DNA from: an uncultured Candidatus Saccharibacteria bacterium
Lineage (GTDB): Bacteria > Patescibacteriota > Minisyncoccia > UBA6257 > JACOXY01
Reading direction: 5' to 3'
Assembly: GCA_964357615.1 (NCBI GenBank)
Contig: CAYHMC010000008.1
Coordinates: forward strand, 1-61,371
Length of the DNA stretch: 61,371 bases
The notes beneath the pieces are model-generated. The model had not been told where the DNA came from. It was given only the letters and a program-made list of their open reading frames with translations, and made no database searches. Positions 17,982 through 26,342 of the stretch are shown here, piece after piece. The position numbers were made by a program, and so were the translations under genes. Numbering within the stretch: the stretch's first letter is position 1; each line of letters starts with the position of its first letter.

Positions 17982-18335
17982 ATGAGCATTTCATTTGATA
18001 TTTTTTTCCAAAAGCCAATATTTCATCTTGGCTTAAATGTTACAGTTTGAGCTGGTCACAAATGGATGAGAGTTAATATAGATGACTGGCTTGTATTAAA
18101 AGAAAGTGGAAAGGTGGGCACAATTACAAGTGGCAGGGTTACCGGTAAGGCACTGCTTCCTATGAGGCTTATCCCTGAAGAATTATTGAAAAATCAACAT
18201 GATCCATCGTGCCGTAATTTATCTGGCCTTATGACGGAGATGAAACGCATTTACGAAAATTTTTGCGAATCAAACATAGTAACTATTCTTTTATTTACTA
18301 TTTATGAATTACCAAAATCCAAAATTAACTTTTAG
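17982..18335 (+). pseudogene. ASCH/PUA-like domain gene interrupted by an in-frame TGA at 18048-18050
   Basis: AAGGAG RBS precedes the ATG at 17982. The 22 codons MSISFDIFFQKPIFHLGLNVTV are followed by TGA. The same frame then continues AGHKWMRVNIDDW... into ORF 18066-18335. The family assignment is tentative. Confidence 0.5.
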
Positions 18336-18357
18336 CTACAATATTGTGGCTTTTTTA
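18334..18357. terminator. bidirectional hairpin between convergent genes
   Basis: AGCTACAA/TTGTGGCT stem followed by TTTTTTATTT. Confidence 0.5.
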
Positions 18358-19020
18358 TTTATCGATATTTATTAAGTCTTCAAAATTTAGACAATTTTCT
18401 TTTTTGAAATCCCCCACCCTGGTTCGTTCTAAATCAGCCATATATCCTCCAATATTTAATTTTGCTCCGATATCTCTCGCAAGTGAACGAATATACACCC
18501 CTGGGCCAGTAATTACTTTTATTTCGAGATATGGCCAATCGTACGACAAAATATCAATTTTTTTTATTTCCACTTCTCTTGGTTTCATTTCTAAAACCTC
18601 ACCACCCCTAACTCGTTTATAAGCCGGTTTGCCTTTAATTTTAAGTGCGCTATAAACAGGTGGAACTTGTTGAATTTTACCAACAAAAGTTTTTATAATA
18701 TTCTGAACATCCGCGAGAGTTGGAACCCTGATATTTTCTATTTTAGTTTTAATTCCTTCTTCGTCATCTGTTTCGCTATTTTCACCAAATTTAACTTTAG
18801 CAATATATTCTTTTTCCTTTTTAACTTCAACTCCAAGTTTTTTAGTTGCCTCCCCTAAACCAATCACTAGAATACCACTTGCAAGCGGATCTAGCGTTCC
18901 AGCATGACCAATTTTAATATTATTACCAATAATTTTTTTAATTTGGCGAATAATGTCGTATGATGATGGGCCTTTGGGTTTATAGACTGCGAAGATTTTG
19001 TCCATATTATATTCTGCCAC
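18355..19020 (-). CDS. truB: tRNA pseudouridine(55) synthase
   Basis: GHAGTLDPLASGILVIGLGEATK motif. Confidence 0.9.
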   Translation of the reverse strand: MAEYNMDKIFAVYKPKGPSSYDIIRQIKKIIGNNIKIGHAGTLDPLASGILVIGLGEATKKLGVEVKKEKEYIAKVKFGENSETDDEEGIKTKIENIRVPTLADVQNIIKTFVGKIQQVPPVYSALKIKGKPAYKRVRGGEVLEMKPREVEIKKIDILSYDWPYLEIKVITGPGVYIRSLARDIGAKLNIGGYMADLERTRVGDFKKENCLNFEDLINIDK

Positions 19021-19049
19021 ATTAGTAAAAATATAAAAAATTAAGCAAA

Positions 19050-19070
19050 TAAAAAAGCGCCTTTTGGCGC
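19050..19070 (-). terminator. intrinsic terminator of the RNA ligase gene
   Basis: GCGCC tttt GGCGC with a T tract on the minus strand. Confidence 0.6.
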
Positions 19071-19076
19071 AAGCAA

Positions 19077-20237
19077 TTACTTAATCTTATTCTTTTTTAA
19101 AAACTCTCTACAAATTGAACGGTAATAAGGGGTTGATTCCTTTTTTGAAACCAAATCATACAGATACTGACGTTTTTCTTTTATAGTTCCTTTCATGCGA
19201 AGAACCTTCTTAATTTTCTTAACCATTGCTTCTGCTTCAGCATAAAGCTCTTCTTGAAGAGTTTCTATCATCTTCTCTAAGTTAGAACTAATCATTCGTT
19301 TCATTATGTATGCGTAGCTTAATTTCTCAGCAACCATTTTCCCGATGTATCTTTCAAACTTAAACTTAACTCTTGTATCATTTGAAAGACGAACAACATA
19401 GCCTTCTTTATTGTGAACTTTTTGATCTTTCATTTCAGAAAGTACTTTAGAAAGCTTACCTCCAGCTCTACACTTAGAAACTTCAAGTGAAAGTGATTTG
19501 CCAATTGAGACAAGATCTGTGGCACTATAATCAGCAAGAGTAGCGCAATCGCATGCACCTATTAGAACAAATTTTTTGGCATGACCGTAGTTAGTTAACA
19601 CTCTTGTTTCTGGATGAATAATTTCAACCAAAATTGTAGTTCTAGAATCAATGCTAGCATCATTAGATTCAAAGACATTACTCCAATCATGCTTCACGGA
19701 AATATTTTCAAGCATTTCTGTTGCAAGTTTTGATGTACGACTTACGAAACTTCCTCTGGTGGTTACATAAAATCTACCTTCATATTTAAAAATAATTCCC
19801 AGATGTCCATCGAACTTCTCACTCATTTCGAATGGCTTTGAAAAAAGTTTTACATTACTTGTTTCAGGATGTTCACCATAATTAAAAAATTTTGGAAAAG
19901 GCTTAGCAATTAGTTCGCCACTTGTATCAAAAATAATTCCTCTACACAAGCGAAGTGGCACAGTCCAACCTCTAGGAAATTTAAAAAGAGTATTATGAGC
20001 AAGCGGAGTATAGTTAAAACCAATAAATGGCTCACTCGGATGGAAGAACGGCTGAACAAGACTTGATGCATCTGGAACAGGCCAACTGTCTTTAAACCAA
20101 AATGCTTTCCTTAGAAAATCAGTATGATTCTTTTTCCAATCACGATAACTTTCTCTATTAGTTATTCCATCTTTCCTAAGTCTAGTAATAACTTCAGAAA
20201 GGCTCTCTACTGCCAACCACTCATCCTTCAACACCAC
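19077..20237 (-). CDS. ATP-dependent RNA ligase (Rnl-type nucleotidyltransferase)
   Basis: Motif I SEKFDGHLGIIF (KxDG), EGYVV and VKFKFERY (motif V). The start is GTG/TTG just after AAGGAGG, so its exact position is uncertain by a few codons. Confidence 0.7.
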   Translation of the reverse strand: MVLKDEWLAVESLSEVITRLRKDGITNRESYRDWKKNHTDFLRKAFWFKDSWPVPDASSLVQPFFHPSEPFIGFNYTPLAHNTLFKFPRGWTVPLRLCRGIIFDTSGELIAKPFPKFFNYGEHPETSNVKLFSKPFEMSEKFDGHLGIIFKYEGRFYVTTRGSFVSRTSKLATEMLENISVKHDWSNVFESNDASIDSRTTILVEIIHPETRVLTNYGHAKKFVLIGACDCATLADYSATDLVSIGKSLSLEVSKCRAGGKLSKVLSEMKDQKVHNKEGYVVRLSNDTRVKFKFERYIGKMVAEKLSYAYIMKRMISSNLEKMIETLQEELYAEAEAMVKKIKKVLRMKGTIKEKRQYLYDLVSKKESTPYYRSICREFLKKNKIK

Positions 20238-20386
20238 AACCTCCTTGGCTGTTTTTCATTTTTGCTTTTTCCTTTCTTGGAACTGGCGAGATAATACCAC
20301 AAAAGCCTAACATTGACAAGACTGATATTGATAATTTTTAATTTTTGAAATAAACTTCTACTAGTTTTTTACTGACGGAGATTGAA

Positions 20387-20824
20387 ATGCCCACAATATC
20401 AGACGGTTCTGGCACTTATTCGATTGGCCCAGATGGCGAAAAAAGATATGCGACTGCAACTCTAGTTTCCATAAACAATGAGCCAATTTACCGCTTTGAT
20501 ATAAAAACTGGAATCCTTGAATTATCTATAAGCGAAGAGGATATACCACTTTTAACTGAATATCTCGGTGGGTTACCAGCAAAAGAAATAATGTTGCCAT
20601 CCCCCATTCCAAGCGAAGCAAATTGTCATTTTCATAATGTCAGAGAAATAAAATCTTTAGCAAAAAAAGATGGTACTTTCTTAATCAAGATGACCAAAAA
20701 GAAAACTAGTGGAGATACTTTGCCACCAGAAAAACATACACAGAATTACCCAAGCTCACCAACTAGAGAAAAAGGTAAATTCAGAGGACTACTAAGCAAA
20801 CTAAAAACATTACTAAGCTTCTGA
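20387..20824 (+). CDS. hypothetical protein
   Basis: 145-aa ORF followed by a clean terminator. Confidence 0.5.
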   Translation: MPTISDGSGTYSIGPDGEKRYATATLVSINNEPIYRFDIKTGILELSISEEDIPLLTEYLGGLPAKEIMLPSPIPSEANCHFHNVREIKSLAKKDGTFLIKMTKKKTSGDTLPPEKHTQNYPSSPTREKGKFRGLLSKLKTLLSF

Positions 20825-20835
20825 TTACAAATTTT

Positions 20836-20861
20836 TGAGTCACATTTAGTGACTCATTTTT
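20836..20861 (+). terminator. intrinsic terminator
   Basis: TGAGTCAC attta GTGACTCA followed by TTTTTAT. Confidence 0.7.
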
Positions 20862-21004
20862 ATAAATAAAAAGATCCCAAGAATAGGACCTTTATAAATT
20901 AACTCAGTGCCTTTTGTTAGCTAAAATTAAATAAAAAATGCGCCATATCTTGCGACGTGACGCGGAACAACGGAATGTGCTTAGTCCTTTGAAATTTGGA
21001 TAAG

Positions 21005-21148
21005 CTATGATTCTCCGGTAAATATATAAGTGGCAACACTAGCGCAGATAACTACAAAACTCGCGATAAAAATTATGGAACTTTGTGCTTCCAACACCCC
21101 CAAAAGCCCCAAGGCTATGAGTACAAGCAAGATCATATCTTTCGTCAT
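21005..21148 (-). CDS. possible 47-aa membrane peptide
   Basis: GAAGGGGG RBS before the ATG. Sequence MTKDMILLVLIALGLLGVLEAQSSIIFIASFVVICASVATYIFTGES. Below the ORF-track cutoff. Confidence 0.3.
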   Translation of the reverse strand: MTKDMILLVLIALGLLGVLEAQSSIIFIASFVVICASVATYIFTGES

Positions 21149-21262
21149 AATACCCCCTTCGTGCCATCTTTCTAAGCTTGGAATAACATATCATACTTTA
21201 ACGTATTTGTCCAGTGCGCGGGACAGGAAATTTCATTGATCACTTCGCTACAATTAAAAAAC

Positions 21263-21291
21263 TTGTAATTAAGTTAAGTTCTATCTATAAT
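21263..21291 (+). promoter_or_regulatory. sigma70-like promoter of tRNA-Leu
   Basis: TTGTAA, a 17-nt spacer, then TATAAT, ending 23 nt before the tRNA 5' end. Confidence 0.55.
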
Positions 21292-21313
21292 ATAAAAATT
21301 GCGTAAATGTAAT

Positions 21314-21396
21314 GCGCGGGTGGCGAAACGGCAGACGCACTACCTTGAGGTGGTAGCGCTCGCAAGGGCATGCAGGTTCAACTCCTGTCCCGCGCA
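21314..21396 (+). tRNA. tRNA-Leu (anticodon GAG)
   Basis: Cloverleaf folded by hand. Acceptor GCGCGGG/CCCGCGC, anticodon loop TTGAGGT, long variable arm, T arm GCAGG-TTCAACT-CCTGT. No encoded CCA. Confidence 0.9.
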
Positions 21397-21407
21397 CAGA
21401 GTACTCA

Positions 21408-21436
21408 AACCCAGCCCAGTTGGCTGGGTTTTCGTT
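21408..21436 (+). terminator. intrinsic terminator after tRNA-Leu
   Basis: AACCCAGCC/GGCTGGGTT 9-bp stem followed by TTCGTT. Confidence 0.6.
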
Positions 21437-21591
21437 ATTGTATTTAGCGACGCAGCGACTTCCAAGATGGCCAATCTTGCCGCAAATGGCAGGTTGCTAT
21501 ACTCAAACGTATACACTGGACAAATATCTCAAATATGGTATAATGTATAAGGCACTAAAGTCTCAATACAGCAAATAGGGAGGAAAACACA

Positions 21592-21816
21592 ATGTTTGCG
21601 ACCGTCTATCACGAAGGCAATGGACTTTTGGTAAGACCAGTGGTTCTGAAAGAACTTGGACTTCGAGAAGGTCAGAGAATCACTGAAGCTCAGATGTGGA
21701 AGTGCATCGAGCTAAATGCTGCTGCTTTTGTTGGGGAAATGGACGCTCGACGCGAGAGAGGAGAACCGAACATCCCCGACACGAGTAAGCTCGAAAGGAT
21801 GCTCAATGAGATGTAG
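21592..21816 (+). CDS. hypothetical protein in the G+C-richer islet
   Basis: GGGAGG RBS. 74 aa. A hairpin plus T tract follows at about 21848-21890. Confidence 0.5.
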   Translation: MFATVYHEGNGLLVRPVVLKELGLREGQRITEAQMWKCIELNAAAFVGEMDARRERGEPNIPDTSKLERMLNEM

Positions 21817-21944
21817 ATGTGCTTGGTAGAACTCTACCAGCAAGCAACAGGCGCACGCCCCATATGGGAAACGGCGCCTTTTTTTATTAATTGCCTCATG
21901 CGGCAAGGCATCTCTACTTTCACAATGACTCAATAAGTTTAATG

Positions 21945-22103
21945 TTATGTGGCTGTTTCACTTGGTAGAGGTTCTGCGAGGAGCTCGTAAAGTCTTGTAA
22001 TTCGAGTAGCCATCTCGCGCACTTCGGCATCAGTGATGGACTCACCAGAGTCCTTGACGTAGATCTCTCGGAACTCATTAATATCGTGTTGGTTTAATAA
22101 CAT
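21945..22103 (-). CDS. small protein ORF-B, copy 1
   Basis: 52 aa: MLLNQHDINEFREIYVKDSGESITDAEVREMATRITRLYELLAEPLPSETAT. Paralog of 22799-22981. Below the ORF-track cutoff. Confidence 0.45.
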   Translation of the reverse strand: MLLNQHDINEFREIYVKDSGESITDAEVREMATRITRLYELLAEPLPSETAT

Positions 22104-22276
22104 GATACAAGTGTACCATGTTAGGCAGCGGACTTGTGGTTGTGAGCCAATGGTTCTATTAAGTCGTCATTCGGATGGGTGGAGCCAGGACCGAGAAGTA
22201 GTTGTGCCGCCTTTGTGAACTCCAAGAGCTTGTCGGTGTTGCTGAAGGTTCGAACGTCTTCTACGGCTGCGCACAA
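21954..22276. repeat. direct repeat copy 1 (about 322 bp)
   Basis: Aligns along its whole length with 22833-23154 with scattered substitutions. It ends with ...GGCTGCGCACAA. Confidence 0.85.
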
Positions 22277-22384
22277 TATGTCAAGACGCAAATAATTGCC
22301 GCAAGTGGCAATTATCACATATAAGTATGGCAGGCTTAGAGAGATGAGTGAGCTAGGCGAGAGGTAATATGTTATCATGTATTT

Positions 22385-22786
22385 ATGAACAATTGGCGCC
22401 TATCAATATATAAATCAATTTGGTTCTGTTGGCTCCTTACAACTTTAATTTATGTGGTTTTGGCATTTCTGGGCTATCCAAAAACAGAGATCGCCACACC
22501 TTTGGGATATGTTGCTGGCTTTGTTGGCTTGTTTGTTCCTTATGGTCTAGCATCACTCATTTTGTTCGCGAATCCATTCACATGGATCTCTTTACTTGTA
22601 TTCTTAATTCTTATGTTCTGTGCCGACAGAGAACTAAAAAGAAAGTCGTATTCTTTGGTAACCGCAATACTAATAAATCTGCTGCTTTTGCTAATTATCA
22701 CCATAATAATAGACTGGTTTCGTCAAACTCCTCTTGCGTCCTGGACCGTGTTCTTACATGGTGCGCATCCTCGATACTGGCCTTAA
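22385..22786 (+). CDS. hypothetical 4-TM membrane protein
   Basis: 133-aa hydrophobic ORF lying between the two direct repeats. Confidence 0.55.
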   Translation: MNNWRLSIYKSIWFCWLLTTLIYVVLAFLGYPKTEIATPLGYVAGFVGLFVPYGLASLILFANPFTWISLLVFLILMFCADRELKRKSYSLVTAILINLLLLLIITIIIDWFRQTPLASWTVFLHGAHPRYWP

Positions 22787-22798
22787 AAAGCCAAATCC

Positions 22799-22981
22799 CT
22801 AAGAAATGTCTGGTCTAACTCGCGATTGCCCGTGTTCACTTGAGAGAGGTTCAGCGAGAACCTCGTATAGGGTTATAAGTCGAGCCGCCATCTCGCGCGC
22901 TTCATCATCAGTAATGGACTCGCCAGAGTCCTTGGAATAAATCTTGCGGAATTCATCAATGTCGTTTTGATTTAATAACAT
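22799..22981 (-). CDS. small protein ORF-B, copy 2
   Basis: 60 aa: MLLNQNDIDEFRKIYSKDSGESITDDEAREMAARLITLYEVLAEPL... Confidence 0.45.
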   Translation of the reverse strand: MLLNQNDIDEFRKIYSKDSGESITDDEAREMAARLITLYEVLAEPLSSEHGQSRVRPDIS

Positions 22982-23154
22982 GATACAAGTGTATCATGTT
23001 AGGCAGCCGACTTGTGTTTGTGAGCCAGTGGTTCTATTGAGTCGTTATTCGGATCGGTGGAGCCGGGACCGAGGAGTAGTTCGGCCACTTTAGTGAACTC
23101 GGAGAGCTTATCGGTGTTGCTGAAGGTTCGAACGTCTTCTACGGCTGCGCACAA
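22833..23154. repeat. direct repeat copy 2 (about 322 bp)
   Basis: See copy 1. The repeat boundary abuts the terminator of the SGNH hydrolase gene. Confidence 0.85.
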
Positions 23155-23186
23155 AATAAAAACCCCTTTGAAATTGGGGTTTTGTT
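23155..23186 (-). terminator. intrinsic terminator of the SGNH hydrolase gene
   Basis: AACCCC/GGGGTT stem with T tracts on both strands. Confidence 0.6.
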
Positions 23187-23205
23187 TTACTACACAATAA
23201 TTGAA

Positions 23206-24891
23206 TTAAAATATTTTTTGAGCCTTTATAGATTTAATTACTGCCTTAGCAATTGCAATTTGGCCTTTTGGTGTTGGGTGGGGCATACAATTGACATAAT
23301 ATTCTAAACCAACAAAAAAATTTCCCTTACTTACAATTGGATTGATTTCTTGTACCCCCGGAAACTCACATTCACTTGGAAGTGCTTTTTTATATTCATT
23401 TAGTTTAGGAAATGGTTTTGAGCTAAGTGAATAATACCAAGCATCAACTCTGGGTCCATAGACCCAAGCAGATGATGAACTTTTACAAAAATCATGACCC
23501 TTAAAATTTAACTGTACCACATGCACATTTGGATATAGCACTGCCACTTCAATAATTGTTTGATTTAACTTGGCAATTACTGAGGTTACGAAAGAAGATG
23601 TGCTATTTTGAAATTGAGTTGCCATCTCTTTAACTTCTGGCACACTTCCGATTTTATAATTTTTCAAATATATTGCATCAGCTGCTATTGGATTATAAAA
23701 TGGTCTACATAATTTTGTATCTTGTTTTGGAAACGGGTCATATGGAGTTGTAACAAATACTTGGGCGTCAGTATATGAAAGCAAACGAAAAATTTCATCA
23801 AGATTTTGTCTAAACAAAGTGAGTCTATCTTTAAACTTTTGATTACTCGCCCAGCATTCATTATCCATTGGACTATTACTAGTCATATCTTTCTTAAACC
23901 AGCTTTCCATGCAACCAACGAAATTAATGTCATTTGCGCCAATTGATAAAGTAACAATTTTTAATTTTGTATTAAAAACTGCGTCAATCTGATTTTCTAG
24001 AACCGAGTGACACGGTTCTTTATATGGCTCAATTGAACCATTCATGCATTTATCTTTACAATCAGAATCAAAATCAAACTGACACTCGATATCACAATGT
24101 TCATCACAATTTCCAGAAATTGCACCACTTATTGCAAGATTTTTTACAAAATATCCTTTTTTTGAACCCCAAAGCGATTGGATTTGCAAAGGATAAGAAT
24201 ATTTATTTCTATCCTCGTCTGCTAGTCCATATCCAGCGGCGATAGAGTCACCGAGGCCAATAATTTGCGATGAGTTAGTTGGCACAATAACCCTAGCAAA
24301 CAATTGCGTACGAAAACTCTGATACTCTTCGATTTTAAGATTTTCAATAATACTTACAGATTGCGAACTATCTAGTGTTCCAAATCCAATAATTTCTAAT
24401 TGTATATTTTGATTAACACCAATAATTGGTATTTTTAAAAATTGTTTTGGAAAAGCTATATAATCCCCGCTACTACTTGGATCTCCATTATTTGGTGTAG
24501 TAACTATTGTAAAATTACCTACATATTTATATAGAACAGATGTTGGTAATTCATTTGATACAACTGAAATCTCAAAATCAATATTTGTTGCTTCCGAACC
24601 AAGATAGGTTGGACTATTATGGTAGGTAAAATCTCCTAATAATATTGGCGTAGCAAGACCTAAATCAATATTTTGATTAGGCTCAAATGTAAAACTACTT
24701 GAATTACCACGAAAATCAGAAGGATTGCCCCAGCTAAAACTATTTGAACCAACTCCATAATTGTAAGATGTAACTGGTTGTGGATTTGTGAAAATTCCAA
24801 ACGAGCTATTTGATGCTTCTAATATTGCGGGCAAAGAAACACCGAAAACGCAGTATGCAACTAGAAAAAAGAACCATCGATAGCGACGCAT
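23206..24891 (-). CDS. secreted SGNH/GDSL hydrolase with an N-terminal extra domain
   Basis: Signal peptide. GDS block IGLGDSIAAGYGL, block III LSIGANDI and C-terminal HPTPKGQ. Confidence 0.75.
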   Translation of the reverse strand: MRRYRWFFFLVAYCVFGVSLPAILEASNSSFGIFTNPQPVTSYNYGVGSNSFSWGNPSDFRGNSSSFTFEPNQNIDLGLATPILLGDFTYHNSPTYLGSEATNIDFEISVVSNELPTSVLYKYVGNFTIVTTPNNGDPSSSGDYIAFPKQFLKIPIIGVNQNIQLEIIGFGTLDSSQSVSIIENLKIEEYQSFRTQLFARVIVPTNSSQIIGLGDSIAAGYGLADEDRNKYSYPLQIQSLWGSKKGYFVKNLAISGAISGNCDEHCDIECQFDFDSDCKDKCMNGSIEPYKEPCHSVLENQIDAVFNTKLKIVTLSIGANDINFVGCMESWFKKDMTSNSPMDNECWASNQKFKDRLTLFRQNLDEIFRLLSYTDAQVFVTTPYDPFPKQDTKLCRPFYNPIAADAIYLKNYKIGSVPEVKEMATQFQNSTSSFVTSVIAKLNQTIIEVAVLYPNVHVVQLNFKGHDFCKSSSSAWVYGPRVDAWYYSLSSKPFPKLNEYKKALPSECEFPGVQEINPIVSKGNFFVGLEYYVNCMPHPTPKGQIAIAKAVIKSIKAQKIF

Positions 24892-24944
24892 TGCTTAGTT
24901 CCTTGTTTTTAAATTCTCGTAACTGACGAGAAGTTCTGGTGGCG

Positions 24945-24973
24945 ATTATACAATCTTTACCAGCTACAGTCAA
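24945..24973 (-). promoter_or_regulatory. sigma70-like promoter of the SGNH hydrolase gene
   Basis: Minus strand reads TTGACT, a 17-nt spacer, then TATAAT. Confidence 0.5.
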
Positions 24974-24992
24974 CTAAAGTCTTAAAATAAAA

Positions 24993-25607
24993 TTAGCCCA
25001 CAATTATATGAAACAATAATCCAATTACAGGAGAAATGATTTGGTAACCAAAAAACACAAAGAAAATTAAAATTATCATTCCTTGAGATTCCAAAAATAC
25101 TTTTACACCATTATATTTTGGGGGCAAAAAAGCAAATAATACCTTAGAGCCATCAAGTGGAGGAAGTGGCACAAAATTAAAAACCGCTAAAACAATATTT
25201 AAATAAACGATTGTAACAATTAAATACTCAGCCATAGAAGAAAGGAAGGGATCGAAAAATCTTAATATCAAACCAAAAACTATTGCGATTGCAATATTAG
25301 TCATTGGTCCAGCTGCACCAATAAGCCCCGCAGATTTTTCTGGATTTCTAAGATTATATGGGTTATAAGGAACTGGCTTAGCCCAACCAAAAACAAATTC
25401 ACCATTTGAAACTAAATATAAAAATAATGGCAATATAACAGAGCCCATAGGATCAATGTGGTTTAATGGGTTAAAATTAAGACGATTTGCAAGACGCGCT
25501 GTGGGGTCTCCTAATTTGTCTGCCACCACACCGTGCGCCACTTCATGTGCCATTACTGAATAAATTAGAACTATTATATAAAATACTGCACCAAATACTT
25601 CAGGCAT
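24993..25607 (-). CDS. site-2 protease family (M50) zinc metalloprotease
   Basis: HEVAHG zinc motif, LPPLDGSKV, multi-TM. 204 aa. Confidence 0.8.
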   Translation of the reverse strand: MPEVFGAVFYIIVLIYSVMAHEVAHGVVADKLGDPTARLANRLNFNPLNHIDPMGSVILPLFLYLVSNGEFVFGWAKPVPYNPYNLRNPEKSAGLIGAAGPMTNIAIAIVFGLILRFFDPFLSSMAEYLIVTIVYLNIVLAVFNFVPLPPLDGSKVLFAFLPPKYNGVKVFLESQGMIILIFFVFFGYQIISPVIGLLFHIIVG

Positions 25608-25668
25608 AGGCTATTGAAAAAATTAATTATTCATATTATACTTTAAACTACTTAAACAATAAAGAACT

Positions 25669-25857
25669 ATGAGACAATGTCAAAGATGTGGAAAAGGGCC
25701 AAGAATGGGTGGGACACGAATATTGCTTCGTGGTCATTATAATCCAACTAATTGGTTACAAAAAAAGCCTAATTTACAGAGAACCAAACTAGCAGATGGA
25801 ACAAGGAGTCTACTCTGTACGCAATGCCAAAGAACACTAGTCAAAAAGAGCCGATAA
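25669..25857 (+). CDS. rpmB: 50S ribosomal protein L28
   Basis: MRQCQRCGKGPRMG...PNLQ...CTQCQR pattern. 62 aa. Confidence 0.85.
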   Translation: MRQCQRCGKGPRMGGTRILLRGHYNPTNWLQKKPNLQRTKLADGTRSLLCTQCQRTLVKKSR

Positions 25858-25952
25858 TGGTCAGACAGAGCTCACCACAAGCGGCTTTTTTTTGTTTGAC
25901 TATTAAGGCTTAGTCATTTAACATGTTGCAAGGTGCTAACAAGGAGAGATAA

Positions 25953-26153
25953 ATGGCTATAGCTCACAGAACCACTGAAGATGAAGTTAAACTAGTTATT
26001 GAATGTGTAAGCTCGCTTACAGATGAGCTAAAATTAGAATTTATAGAAAATCTAGCCAACAATAAGGCTAACGAATACACTAGAGAAGCTAAGGAATGCT
26101 TACAATCAGAAATTGCCTCTCTGCTTAATATAATTGCACTTTCTAAGGGATAA
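25953..26153 (+). CDS. hypothetical protein
   Basis: AAGGAGAG RBS. 66 aa. A terminator follows. Confidence 0.5.
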   Translation: MAIAHRTTEDEVKLVIECVSSLTDELKLEFIENLANNKANEYTREAKECLQSEIASLLNIIALSKG

Positions 26154-26159
26154 TAACCA

Positions 26160-26193
26160 AACCGCTTTTCATATTTGAAATTAGCGGTTTTTT
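26160..26193 (+). terminator. intrinsic terminator
   Basis: AACCGCT/AGCGGTT stem followed by TTTTTT. Confidence 0.55.
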
Positions 26194-26300
26194 ATCCAAT
26201 TAGAAAACTATTGTTTATCAAATAAATCACAAAATAATTTATGTAATATAAAATTATTTATTAGATGATTATTTCAGTAGAAAAATTTTTCTAACGGGAT
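26194..26300. mobile_element. MITE-like element M3 (degenerate left end)
   Basis: Left end ATCCAATTAGAAAA; right end TTTTCTAACGGGAT (12 of 14 complementary). TTA flanks both ends. AT-rich interior. Confidence 0.45.
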
Positions 26301-26342
26301 TAATTTGTAATTATTATTTTAAAAAAGTACACTTAAATAATT

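Noticed and set aside
21299-21550. ORF 21299-21550 (plus), and also ORF 21030-21239.
   Set aside because: The first is read through tRNA-Leu and its terminator. The second is antisense to a better small ORF and has no RBS.
22121-22378. ORF 22121-22378 (minus) as a real 85-aa gene.
   Set aside because: Only its C-terminal ~50 codons are part of the conserved repeat. The N-terminal part runs through a 9-bp-stem hairpin, and its ATG is 6 nt from the divergent ATG at 22385, leaving no room for a promoter. It is treated as a gene fragment.
21954-23154. The 322-bp repeats as a template/variable repeat pair of a diversity-generating retroelement.
   Set aside because: The substitutions between copies are of all types rather than adenine-specific, and no reverse transcriptase gene is present.
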